DNA of 64,000 nt from NCBI RefSeq assembly GCF_009914755.1, contig NC_060933.1; one strand, 5' to 3'. Shown one piece after another: positions 1 through 14,200 of this stretch. The translations under genes were made by a program, and so were the position numbers. Position 1 is the stretch's first letter; every line of letters begins with the position of its first letter. Origin of the DNA: the human T2T-CHM13v2.0 reference genome, Homo sapiens. The notes beneath the pieces are model-generated. The model saw only the letters and a program-made list of their open reading frames with translations, searched no databases and had not been told where the DNA came from.

Positions 1-1496
1 TTCCATTCCATTCCATTCCATTCCATTCCATTCCGTTCCATTCCATTCCATTACATTCGGATTGATTCTATTCAATTCCCTTACACTCCATTACATTCCA
101 TTCCATTCGGGTTGTTCCATTCCATTCCATTCCATTCCTCTCCATTCCATTGCACTCGGGTTGATTCCATTCCATTCCATTACATTCCATTCCATTCCAT
201 TCCATTCCATTCCATTCCATTCCATTCCATTCCGTTCCATTGTACTCGGGTTGATTCCATTCCATTGCATTCCATTCCATTCCATTCCATTCCATTCCGT
301 TCCATTCCATTACATTCGGATTGATTCTATTCAACTCCCTTACTCTCCATTACATTCCATTCCATTTGAGTTGTTCCATTCCATTCCATTCCATTCCACT
401 CCATTCCATTGCGCTCGGGTTGATTCCATTCCATTCCATTCCACTCCATTCCATTCCATTCCATTCCATTACAATCGAGTTGATTCTATTCCATTCCATT
501 CCATTCCAGTCCTTTCCATTCCATTCCTCTCGGGTTGATTCCATTCTATTAGTTTCCATTCCATTCCATTCCCTTCCATTCCACTCTGGTTGATTCCATT
601 CCTTTCCATTCCACTCGAATACATTCCCTCCTATTCCACTCGGAACGATTCCATTCCATTCCATTCCATTCCATTCCATTCCATTCCATTCCATTCCGTT
701 CCATTCCATTCCATTCCATTCCATTTCGTTCCATTCCATTCTATTCCGTATCATTCCATTCCATTCCATTCCATTGCATTCCATTCCATTCCATTCCCCT
801 GTACTCGGGTTGATTCCATTCCATTCCATTCCATTCCATTCCATTCCATTTCGTTCCATTCCATTCTATTCCGTATCATTCCATTCCATTCCATTCCATT
901 CCATTCCATTCCATTCCATTCCATTCCATTCCATTCCATTGTAATCGGGTTGATTCCATTCCATTGCATTCCATTCCATTCCATTCCATTCCGTTGCATT
1001 CCATTCCATTACATTCGGATTGATTCTATTCAACTCCCTTACTCTCCATTACATTCCATTCCATTCGGGTTGTTCCATTCCATTCCATTCCATTCCACTC
1101 CATTCCATTGCACTCGGGTTGATTCCATTCCATTCCATTCCATTCCATTCCATTCCATTCCATTCCGGATGATTCCATTCCATTGCATTCCGTTCCATTA
1201 CATTCCCCTGCACTCGCGTTGATTCCATTCCATTCCATTCCATTCCATTCCATTCAATTCCATTCCATTACTATTCGTTCCATTCCATTCTATTCCGTAC
1301 CATTCCATTCCATTCCATACCATTCCATTCCATTCCATTCCATTCCATTCCATTCCGTTCCATTCCGTTCCATTCCATTCCATTCCATTCTATTCGGATT
1401 AATTCCATTCCATTCCATTCCGTTCCATTCTATTCCATTCCATTGCAATCGAGTTGAATCCATTGCATTTCATTCCATTCCATTCAATTCCATTCC

Positions 1497-1511
1497 ATTC
1501 CGGAAGATTCC
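1497..1511. promoter_or_regulatory. Canonical heat-shock element aTTCcgGAAgaTTCc (first of ~35 intact copies in the window); putative HSF1 trimer site
   Basis: The sequence matches nTTCnnGAAnnTTCn exactly. HSF1 association with SatIII in nuclear stress bodies is established. Occupancy of this particular site is inference. Confidence 0.55.
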
Positions 1512-1589
1512 ATTCCATTGCATTCCATTCCATTCCATTCCCCTGCACTCGCGTTGATTCCATTCCATTCCATTCCATTCCATTCCACT

Positions 1590-1935
1590 CCGTTCCGTTC
1601 CGTTCCATTCCATTCCATTCCATTCCTTTCCATTCCGTTCCGTTCCATTCCATTCCATTCCATTCTATTCGGGTTAATTCCATTCCATTCCATTCGATTG
1701 CAATCGAGTTGATTCCATTCCATTCCATTCCATTCCATTCCATTCCGTTCCGTTCCATTCCATTCCATTCCTTTCCATTCCGTTCCGTTCCGTTCCGTTC
1801 CATTCCATTCCATTCCGTTCCGTTCCATTCCATTCCATTCCATTCTATTCGGGTTAATTCCATTCCATTCCATTCGATTGCAATCGAGTTGATTCCATTC
1901 CATTCCATTCCATTCCATTCCATTCCATTCCATTC
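1590..1935 (+). repeat. 180-bp local tandem duplication
   Basis: The block cattctattcgggttaattc...cattcgattgcaatcgagttg starts at 1661 and again at 1841 (offset 180). Confidence 0.8.
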
Positions 1936-4379
1936 CTTTCCATTAAATTACGGATGATTCCATTCCATTGCATTCCATACCATTCCATTCCCCTATACTC
2001 TGGTTGATTCCATTCCATTCCATTCCAATCCATGCCATTCCACTCGTGTTGATTCCATTCTTTCCATTCCATTCAAGTTGAATCCATTCCATTGCATTCC
2101 ATTCCATTCGATTCCATTCGATTGCACTCGGGTTGATTCCATTCCATTGCATTCCATTCCATTCCATTCCATTCCATTCCATTCCATTCCGTTCCATTCC
2201 ATTTCATTACATTCAGATTTATTGTATTTAATTCCCTTACACTCCATTATATTCCAATCCATTCTGGTTGTTTCCATTCCATTCCATTCCATTTCACTCC
2301 ATTCCATTGCACTCGGGTTGATTCCATTCCATTCCATTCCATTGCATTCCATTCCATTCCATTCCGGATGATTCCATTCCATTGCATTCCATTCCATTCC
2401 ATTCCCCTGCACTCGGGTTGATTCCAGTCCATTCCATTCCATTACATTCCGTTCCATTCCATTCCATTCCATTCGGATTGATTCTATTCAATTCCCTTAC
2501 ACTCCATTCCATTCCATTCAATTCGGGTAGTTTCCATTCCATTCCATTCCATTCCTCTCCATTCCATTGCACTCGGGTTGATTCCATTCCATTCCATTCC
2601 ATTCCATTCCATTCCATTCCATTCCGTTCCATTGTACTCGGGTTGATTCCATTCCATTGCATTCCATTCCATTCCATTCCATTCCATTCCATTCCATTCC
2701 ATTCCGTTCCATTCCATTACATTCGGATTGTTTCTATTCAACTCCCTTACTCTCCATTACATTCCATTCCATTCGGGTTGTTCCATTCCATTCCATTCCA
2801 TTCCACTCCTTTCCATTGCGCTCGGGTTGATTCCATTCCTTTCCATTCCATTCCAATCCATTCCATTCCGGATGATTCCATTCCATTGCATTCCGTTCCA
2901 TTACATTCCCCTGCACTCGGGTTGATTCCATTCCATTCCATTCCATTCCATTCGATTCCATTCCATTCCAATTCTTTCCATTCCATTCTATTCCGTACCA
3001 TTCCATTCCATTCCATACAATTCCATTCCATTCCATTCCACTCCGTTCCGTTCCGTTCCGTTCTGTTCCGTTCCATTCCATTCCATTCCATTCTATTCGG
3101 TTTAATTCCATTCCATTCCATTCCATTCCATTCCATTCCATTCTATTCCATTCCATTACAATCGAGTTGAATCCATTGCATTCCATTCTATTCCATTCCA
3201 TTCCATTTCATTCAATTCCGGAAGATTCCATTCCATTGCATTCCATTCCATTCCATTCCATTCCATTCCATACCATTCCTTTCCATTCCATTGTACTCGG
3301 GTTGATTCCATTCCATTGCATTCCATTCCATTCCATTCCATTCCATTCCATTCCGTTCCATTCCATTCCACTACATTCGGATTGATTCTTTTCAACTCCC
3401 TTACTCTCCATTACATTCCATTCCATTCGGGTTGTTCCATTCCATTCCTTTCCATTCCACTCCATTCCATTGCACTCGGGTTGATTCCATTCCATTCCAT
3501 TCCATTCCATTCCGGATGATTCCATTCCATTGCATTCCTTTCCATTACGTTCCCCTGCACTCGGGTTGATTCCATTCCATTCCTTTCCATTCCATTCGAT
3601 TCCATTCCATTCCCCTGCACTCGCGTTGATTCCATTCCATTCCATTCCGTTCCATTCCATTCCATTCCATTCCTTTCCGTTCCATTCCATTCCATTCCAT
3701 TCCATTCCGTTCCGTTCCATTCCATTCCATTCCATTCTATTCGGGTTAATTCCATTCCATTCCATTCGATTGCAATCGAGTTGATTCCATTCCATTCCAT
3801 TCCATTCCATTCCATTCCATTCCAGTCCTTTCCATTCCTTTCCATTCCATTACTGATGATTCCATTCCATTGCATTCCATTGCATTCCATTCCCCTGTAC
3901 TCGGGTTGATTCCATTCCATTCCATTCCAATCCATGCCATTCCACTCGTGTTGATTCCATTCTTTCCTTTCCATTCAAGTTGAATCCATTCCATTGCATT
4001 CCATTCCATTTGATTCCATTCGATTGCACTCGGGTTGATTCCATTCCATTGCATTCCATTCCATTCCATTCCCTTCCATTGCACTCTGGTTGATTCCATT
4101 CCTTTCCATTCCACTCGAATACATTCCCTCCTATTCCACTCGGAACGATTCCATTCCATTCCATTCCATTCCTTTCCATTCCATTTCGTTCCATTCCATT
4201 CTATTCCGTATCATTCCATTCCATTCCATTCCATTGCATTCCATTCCATTCCATTCCGTTGCATTCCATTCCATTACATTCGGATTGATTCTATTCAACT
4301 TCCTTACTCTCCATTACATTCCTTTCCATTCGGGTTGTTCCATTCCATTCCATTCCATTCCATTCCATTCCATTCCATT

Positions 4380-6340
4380 CCATTCCATTCCAATCGAGTT
4401 GATTCCATTCCATTCCATTCCATTCCATTCCTTTCCATTCCATTCCAATGGATTTGATTCCATTCCATTCCATTCCATTCCACTCCATTCCAGTCGTTTC
4501 CTTTCCATTCCACTTGGGTTGATTCCATTCTATTCCTTTCCATTCCATTCCATTCCATTGCAATCGAGTTGATTGCATTCGAGTTGAATACATTCCATTC
4601 CATTCCATTCCATTCCATTGCACACGGTTTCATTCCATTCCATTCCATTAAATTCCATTCCATTCCATTTCATTCCATTCCATTCTATTCCGTACCATTC
4701 CATTCCATCCCATTCCATTCCATTCCATTCCATTCCATGCCATTACACTCGGGTTGATTCCATTCCTTTCCATTCCATTCTTGTTGAATCCATTCCATTC
4801 CATTCCATTCCATTCGAATCCATTCCATTGCACTCGGGTTGATTCCATTCCATTCCATTCCATTCCATTTCATTCCATTCCATTCCATTACATTCGGATT
4901 TATTCTATTCAATTCCCTTACACTCCATTACATTACATTCCATTCGGGATGTTTCCATTCCATTCCATTCCATTCCACTCCATTCCATTGCATCGGGTTG
5001 ATTCCATTCCATTGCATTCCATTCCATTCCATTCCGGATGATTCCATTCCATTGCATTCCATTCCATTCCATTCCCCTGCACTCGGGTTGATTACATTTC
5101 ATTCCATTCCCTTCCATTCCCCTGCACTCGGGTTGATTACATTCCATTCCATTCCCTTCCATTCCTTTCCATTCCATTCCACTCCATTGCAATCGAGTTG
5201 ATTCCATTCCATTCCATTCCACTCCATTCCATTCCATTCCATTCCATTCCGGATGATTGCATTCCATGACATTCCATTCCATTCCATTCCCCTGCACTCG
5301 GGTTGATTCCATTCCATTTCATGCCATTACATTCCGTTCCATTCCATTCCATTCCATTCTATTCGGGTAAATTCTATTCCATTCCATTCCATTCCATTCC
5401 ATTCCATTACGTTCCATTCCATTGCAATCTAGTTGATTCGACTCCATTCCATTCCATTCCATTGCATTCCAATCGATTTGATTCCATTCCATTCCATTCC
5501 ATTCCAGTCCATTCCAGTCCTTTCCATTCCATTCCAGTGGGGTTGATTCCATTCTATTCCTTTCCATTCCATTCCATTCCATTGCAATCGAGTTGATTCC
5601 ATTCCATTCCATTCCATTCCATTCCATTCCATTCCAATCGATTTGATTCCATTCCATTCCATTCCATTCCACTCCATTCCAGTCCTTTCCATTCCATTCC
5701 ACTCGGGTTGATTCCATTCTATTCCTTTCCACTCCATTCCATTCCATTGCAATCGAGTTGATTCCTTTCGAGTTGAAACCATTCCATTCCATTCCATTCC
5801 ATTACATTGCACACGGGTTCATTCCATTCCATTCCATTCCATTCCATTCCATTCCATTCCATTCCATTCCATTTCATTCCATTTCAATCTATTCCGTACC
5901 ATTCCATTCCATCCCATTCCATTCCATTCCATTCCACGCCATTACACTCGGGTTGATTCCATTCCTTTCCATTCCATTCTTGTTGAATCCATTCCATTCC
6001 ATTCCATTCCATTCGAATCCATTCCATTGCACTCGGTTTGATTCCATTCCATTGCATTCCATTCCATTCCATTTCATTCCATTCCCTTCCATTACATTGA
6101 GACTGATTCTATTCAATTCCCTTACACTCCAATACATTCCATTCCATTCGGGATATTTCCATTCCATTCCATTCCATTCCATTCCATTGCATCGGGTTGA
6201 TTCCATTCCATTCCATTCCATTCCATTCCATTCTATTCCATTCCGGATGATTCCATTCCATTGCATTGCATTCCATTCCATTCCATTCTATTCCATTCCG
6301 GATGATTCCATTCCATTGCATTCCATTCCATTCCATTCCC
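4380..6340 (+). repeat. ~1.2-kb-offset imperfect duplication
   Basis: Private variants recur at offset ~1190-1199: gcacacgg (4620/5809), ttcttgttgaatcc (4778/5977), and the 1-bp-deleted spacer gcatcgggttg (4990/6189). Confidence 0.8.
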
Positions 6341-8000
6341 GTGCAGTCGGGTTGATTCCATTCCATTCCATTCCATTCCATTCCATTCCATTCCATTCCA
6401 TTCCGTTCCGTTCCATTCCATTCCATTCCATTCCATTCTATTCGGGTCAACTCCATTCCATTCCATTCCATTCAAATTCCATTCCACTCCATTCCAATCG
6501 AGTTGATTCCATTCCATTCCTTTCCATTCCATTCCACTCCATTCCAGTCCTTTCCATTCCATTCCACTCGGGTTGATTCCATTTTATTCATTTCCATTCC
6601 ATTCCACTCCATTGCAATCGAGTTGATTCCATTGTTTTGCATTCCATTCCATTCCATTCCATTCCGGATGATTCCATTCCATTGCATTCCATTCCATTCC
6701 ATTCCCCTGCACTCGGGTTGATTCCATTCCATTCCACTCCATTCCGTTCCATTCCATTCCATTCCATTGTATTCGGGTTAATTCCATTCCATTCCATTCC
6801 ATTCCATTCCATTACAATCGAGTTGATTCCATTCCATTCCATTCCATACCATTCCATTCCATTCCATTCCATTCCATTCCATTCCATTCCATTCCGTTCC
6901 ATTCCGTTCCATTCCATTCCATTCCATTCCATTCCGGATGATTCCATTCCATTGAATTCCATTCCATTCCATTCCCCTGCACTTGGGTTGATTCCATTCC
7001 ATTCCATTCCATTCCTTTCCGTTCCATTCCATTCCATTCCATTCCATTCTATTCGTGTTAATTCCATTCCATTCTATTACATTCCATTCCATTGAAATCG
7101 AGTTGATTCCATTCCATTCCATTCCATTCCATTCCATTCCATTGCATTCCGGATGATTCCATTCCATTGCATTCAATTCCATTCCATTCCCCTGCACTCG
7201 GGTTGATTACATTCCATTCCATTCTCTTCCATTCCTTTCCATTCCATTCCATTCCATTCTATTCGTGTTAATTCCATTCCATTCCACTCCATTCCATTCC
7301 ATTCCATTCCATTCCATTCCATTCCATTCCATTCCATTGCAATCGAGTTGATTCCATTCCATTCCATTCCATTCCGTTCCGGATGATTCCATTCCATTGC
7401 ATTGCATTCCATTCCATTCCCGTGCAGTCGGGTTGATTCCATTCCATTCCATTCCATTCCATTCCATTCCATTCCATTCCGTTCCATTCCTTTCCATTCC
7501 ATTCCATTCTATTCGGGTAAATTCCATTCCATTCCATTCCATTCCATTCCATTCAAATTCCATTGCACTCCATTCCAATCGAGTTGATTCCATTCCATTC
7601 CGTTCCATTCCATTCCACTCCATTCCAGTCCTTTCCTTTCCATTCCGCTCGGGTTGATTCCATTCTATTCATATACATTCCATTCCATTCCATTGCAATC
7701 GAGTTGATTGAATTGTTTTGCATTCCATTCCTTTCCATTCCATTCCGGATGATTCCATTCCATTGCATTCCATTCCATTCCATTCCTGTGCACTCGGGTT
7801 GATTCCATTCCATTCCACTCCATTCCATTCCTTTCCATTCCATTCCATTGTATTCGGGTTAATTCCATTCTATTCCATTCCATTGCACTCCATTCCATTC
7901 CATTCCATTCCATTACAATCGAGATGATTCCATTCCATTCCATTCCATACCATTCCATTCCATTCCATTCCATTCCATTCCGTTCCATTCCGTTCAATTC
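6290..8000 (+). repeat. 1081-bp-offset imperfect duplication
   Basis: gtgcagtcgg (6341/7422), the +1 insertion ttcaaattcc (6471/7552) and attgttttgc (6631/7712) all recur at offset 1081. Confidence 0.8.
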
Positions 8001-11000
8001 CATTCCATTCTATTCTATTCGGGTTAATTCCATTCCATTCCATTCCATTCCATTCTATTCGTGTTAATTCCATTCCAGTCTATTCCATTCCATTCCATTG
8101 AAATCGAGTTGATTCCATTCCATTCCATTCCACTCCATTCCGGATAATTCCATTCCATTGCATTCCATTCCATTCCATTCCCCTGCACTCGCGTTGATTC
8201 CATTCCATTCCATTCCATTCCATTCCATTCCGTTCCGTTCCATTCCATTCCATTCCATTCCATTCCATTGCAATCGAGTTGATTCCATTCCATTCCTTTC
8301 CATTCCATTCCATTGCCTTGCATTCCACTCGGGTTGATTCCATTCCCTTCTTTCCACTCCGTTACATTCCCTTCCATTCCACTCGGAATGATTGATTCCA
8401 TTCCATTCCATTGCATTTCATTCCATTGCAATCCATTCCAACCCATTCCGTTCCATTCCATTCCACTCGAGTTGATTTCATTCCATTCCATTCCATTCCA
8501 TTCCATTCCTTTCCACTCGAGTTGATTCCATTCCATGCCATTCCATTGCATTCCATTCCATGCCATTCCACTCGGGTTGATTCCATTCCATTCCATTCCA
8601 TTCCATTCCATTCCATTACATTCCATTCCATTCCATTCCATTGCATTCCATTCCATTCCATTCCCCTGCACTCGGGTTTCTTCCATTCCATTCCATTCCA
8701 TTTAATTCCATTCCATTCCATTCCATTCCATTCCAATCCGTTCCATTCCATTCCATTCCATTCCTTTGCAATCTACTTGATTCCATTCCATTCCATTCCA
8801 TTCCATTCTATTCCATTCCATTCCATTCCATTTTGTTCCAATCCATTCTATTCCGAAACATTCCATTCCATTCCATTCCATTCCATTCCATTCCATTCCA
8901 TTGCATTCCATGCGATTCCACTCGGGTTGATTCCATTCCTTTCCATTCCATTCGGGTTGAATCCATTCCACTCCATTCCATTCCATTCGAATCCATTCCA
9001 TTGCACTCGGGTTGATTCCATTCCATTCCATTCCATTCGATTCCATTCCATTCCATTCCATTCCTTTCCATTTCATTACATTCAGATTGATTCTATTCAA
9101 TTCCCTTACACTCCATTATATTCCAATCCAATCTGGTTGTTTCCATTCCATTCCATTCCATTTCACTCCATTCCATTGCACTCGGTTTGATTCCATTCCA
9201 TTCCATTCCATTCCATTCCGGATGATTCCATTCCATTGCATTCCGTTCCATTCCATTCCCCTGCACTCAGGTTGATTCCATTCCATTCCATTCCACTCCA
9301 TTTGGTTCCGTTCCATTCCATTCTATTGCATTCCATTCTATTCGGGTTAATTCCATTCCATTCTATTCCATTCCATTCCATTCCATTCCATTGCAATGGA
9401 GTTGATTCCATTCCATTCCATTCCATTCCATTGCATTCCATTCCATTCCATTCCATTCCATTCCGGATGATTCCATTCCATTGCATTCCATTCCATTCCA
9501 TTCCCCTGCACTCGTGTTGATTCCATTCCCTTCCATTCCATTCCATTCCGTTCCATTCCATTGCATTCCATTCTATTCCGGTTAATTCCATTCCATTCCA
9601 TTCCATTCCATTCCATTCCATTCCATTGCAATCGAGTTGATTCCATTCCATTCCTTTCCATTCCATTCCATTGCCTTGCATTCCAATCGGGTTGATTCCA
9701 TTCCCTTCTTTCCACTTCATTACATTCACTTCCATTCCACTCGGAATGATTGATTCCATTCCATTCCATTCCATTTCATTCCATTGCAATCCATACCATT
9801 CCATTCCATTCCATTCCATTCCACTCGATTTGATTTCATTCCATTCCTTTCCATTCCATTCCATTCCGTTCCATTCCATTCCATTACATTCGGATTGATT
9901 CTATTCAATTCCCTTACACTCCATTACATTCCATTCCATTCGGGTAGTTTCCATTCCATTCCATTCCATTCCTCTCCATTCCATTGCACTCGGGTTGATT
10001 CCATTCCATTCCATTCCATTCCATTGCATTCCATTCCATTCCATTCCGGATGATTCCATTCCATTGCATTCCATTCCATTCCATTCCCCTGCACTCGGGT
10101 TGATTCCATTCCATTCCATTCCATTGCATTCCGTTCCATTCCATTCCATTCCATTCGGATTGATTCTATTCAATTCCCTTACACTCCATTACATTCCATT
10201 CCATTCGGCTAGTTTCCATTCCATTCCATTCCATTCCATTGCATTACATTACATTCCATTCCGTTCCGTTCCTTTGTACTCGGGTTGATTCCATTCCATT
10301 GCATTCCATTCCATTCCATTCCATTCCATTCCATTCCATTCCGTTCCATTCCATTACATTCGGATTGATTCTATTCAACTCCCTTACTCTCCATTACATT
10401 CCATTCCATTCGGGTTGTTCCATTCCATTCCATTCCATTCCACTCCATTCCATTGCACTCGGGTTGATTCCATTCCATTGCATTCCATTCCATTCCATTC
10501 CATTCCATTCGAATTCTTTCCATTCCATTCTATTCCGTACCATGCCATTCCATTCCATACAATTCCATTCCATTCCATTCCACTCCGTTCCGTTCCGTTC
10601 CGTTCCGTTCCGTTCCATTCCATTCCATTCCATTCCATTCCATTCTATTCGGGTTAATTCCATTCCATTCCATTCGATTGCAATCGAGTTGATTCCATTC
10701 CATTCCATTCCATTCCTTTCCATTCCATTACGGATGATTCAATTCCATTGCATTCCATTCCATTCCATTCCCCTGTACTCGGGTTGATTCCATTTCATTC
10801 CATTCCAATCCATGCCATTCCACTCGTGTTGATTCCATTCTTTCCATTCCATTCAAGTTGAATCCATTCCATTGCATTCCATTCCATTCCATTCCCCTGC
10901 AGTCGGGTTGATTCCATTCCATTCCATTCCATTCCATTCCATTCCATTCCATTCCGTTCCGTTCCATTCCATTCCATTCCATTCTATTCGGGTTAATTCC

Positions 11001-11250
11001 ATTCCATTCCATTCCATTCCATTCCATTCCATTCCATTCCAATCGAGTTGATTCCATTCCATTCCATTCCATTCTATTCCACTCCATTCCAGTCCTTTCC
11101 ATTCCATTCCACTCGGGTTGATTTCAATGTATTCGTTTCCATTCCATTCCATTCCATTGCAATCGAGTTGATTCCATTGCTTTGCCTTCCATTCCATTCC
11201 ATTCCATTCCGGATGATTCCATTCCATTGCATTCCATTCCATTCCATTCC

Positions 11251-14200
11251 CCTGCACTCGGGTTGATTCCATTCCATTCCACTCCATTCCGTTCCATTCC
11301 ATTCCATTCCATTGTATTCGTTTTAATTCCATTCCATTCCATTCCATTGCATTCCATTCCATTCCAGTCCTCTCCATTCCATTCCACACGGGTTGATTCC
11401 ATTCTATTAGTTTCCATTCCATTCCACTCCTTTCCATTCCACTCTGGTTGATTCCTTTCCTTTCCATTCCACCCGAAAATATTCCCTCCTATTCCACTCG
11501 GAACGATTCCATTCCATTCCATTCCATTCCATTCCATTCCATTCCATTCCGTTCCATTCCATTCCATTCCATTTCGTTCCATTCCATTCTATTCCGTATC
11601 TTTCCATTCCATTCCATTCCATTCCTTTCCATTCAATTCCTTTCCATTACAATTCGTTCCATTCCATTCTGTTCCGTACCATTCCATTCCATTCCATACC
11701 ATTCCATTCCATTCCATTCCATTCCATTCCGTTCCATTCCGTTCCATTCCATTCCATTCCATTCCATTCGGATTAATTCCATTCCATTCCATTCCATTCC
11801 ATTCTATTCCATTGCATTGCAATCGAGTTGAATCCATTCCATTCCATTCCATTCCATTCCATTCCATTCCGGAAGATTCCATTCCATTGCATTCCATTCC
11901 ATTCCATTCCCCTGCACTCGCGTTGATTCCATTCCATTCCATTACATTCCATTCCATTCCGTTCCGTTCCGTTCCATTCCATTCCGTTCCATTCCATTCC
12001 ATTCCGTTCCGTTCCATTCCATTCCATTCCATTCTATTCGGGTTAATTCCATTCCATTCCATTCGATTGCAATCGAGTTGATTCCATTCCATTCCATTCC
12101 ATTCCATTCCATTCCATTCCATTCCATTCCTTTCCATTCCATTACGGATGATTCCATTCCATTGCATTCCATTCCATTCCATTCCCCTGTACTCGGGTTG
12201 ATTCCATTCCATTCCATTCCAATCCATGCCATTCCACTCGTGTTGATTCCATTCTTTCCATTCCATTCAAGTTGAATCCATTCCATTGCATTCCATTCCT
12301 TTCGATTCCATTCGATTGCACTCGGGTTGATTCCATTCCATTGCATTCCATTCCATTCCATTCCATTCCATTCCATTCCGTTCCGTTCCATTCCATTCCA
12401 TTACATTCGCATTAATTCTATTCAATTCCCTTACACTCCATTACATTCCATTCCATTCGGGTAGTTTCCATTCCATTCCATTCCATTCCTCTCCATTCCA
12501 TTGCACTCGGGTTGATTCCATTCCATTGCATTCCATTCTATTCCATTCAATTCCATTCCGTTCCATTCCATTCCATTACATTCGGATTGATTCTATTCAA
12601 CCCCCTTACTCTCCATTACATTCCATTCCATTCGGGTTGTTCCATTCCATTCCATTCCATTCCACTCCATTCCATTGCACTCGGGTTGATTCCATTCCAT
12701 TCCATTCCATTCCATTCCATTCCATTCCATTCCGGAAGATTCCATTCTATTGCATTCCATTCCATTCCATTCCCCTGCACTCGCGTTGATTCCATTCCAT
12801 TCCATTCTATTCAATTCCATTCCCTTCCTTTCCGTTCCATTCCATTCCATTCAATTCCATTCCATTCCGTTCCATTCCATTCCATTCCATTCCATTCTAT
12901 TCTGCTAATTCCATTCCATTCCATTCGATTGCAATCGAGTTGATTCCATTCCATTCCATTCCATTCCATTCCATTCCATTCCTTTCCATTCCCTTACGGA
13001 TGATTCCATTCCATTGCATTCCATTCCATTCTATTCCCCTGTACTCGGGTTGATTCCATTCCATTCCATTCCAATCCATGCCATTCCACTCGTGTTGATT
13101 CCATTCTTTCCATTCCATTCAAGTTGAATCCATTCCATTGCATTCCATTCCATTCGATTCCATTCGATTGCACTCGGGTTGATTCCATTCCATTGCATTC
13201 CATTCCATTCCATTCCATTCCATTGCATTCCATTCCATTCCATTCCATTCCATTGCATTCCATTCCGTTCCATTCCATTTCATTACATTCAGATTTATTC
13301 TATTCAATTCCCTTACACTCCATTATATTCCAATCCATTCTGGTTGTTTCCATTCCATTCCATTCCATTTCACTCCATTCCCTTGCACTCGGGTTGATTC
13401 CATTCCATTCCATTCCATTGCATTCCATTCCATTCCATTCCGGATCATTCCATTCCATTGCATTCCATTCCACTCCATTCCCCTGCACTCGGGTTGATTC
13501 CATTCCATTCCATTCCATTACATTCCGTTCCATTCCATTCCATTCCATTCGGATTGATTCTATTCAATTCCCCTACACTCCATTACATTCCATTCCATTC
13601 GGGTAGTTTCCATTCCATTCCATTCCATTCCTCTCCATTCCATTGCACTCGGGTTGATTCCATTCCATTCCATTCCATTCCATTCTATTCCATTACATTA
13701 CCTTCCATTCCATTCCGTTCCATTGTACTCGGGTTGATTCCATTCCATTGCATTCCATTCCATTCCATTCCATTCCATTCCATTCCATTCCGTTCCATTC
13801 CATTACATTTGGATTGATTCTATTCAACTCCCTTACTCTCCATTACATTCCATTCCATTCGGGTGGTTCCATTCCATTCCATTCCATTCCACTCCATTCC
13901 ATTGCACTCGGGTTGATTCCATTCCATTCCATTCCATTCCATTCCATTCCATTCCATTCCATTCCATTCTGGATGATTCCATGCCATTGCATTCCGTTGC
14001 ATTACATTCCCCTGCACTCGGGTTGATTCCATTCCATTCCATTCCATTCCATTCGATTCCATTCCATTCCAATTCTTTCCATTCCATTCTATTCCGTACC
14101 ATGCCATTCCATTCCATACAATTCCATTCCTTTCCATTCCACTCCGTTCCGTTCCGTTCCGTTCCGTTCCATTCCATTCCATTCCATTCTATTCAGTTTA

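Noticed and set aside
58-70. DUX4-like site in ggattgattc / gggttaatt spacers
   Set aside because: Does not match the TAAYYYAATCA consensus. Only the AATCA half is present.
2117-2132. CENP-B-box-like TTCG attgcact CGGG (recurs in the ~160-bp module)
   Set aside because: The CENP-B box needs TTCG-N4-A-N2-CGGG (7 nt between the cores). Here the gap is 8 nt.
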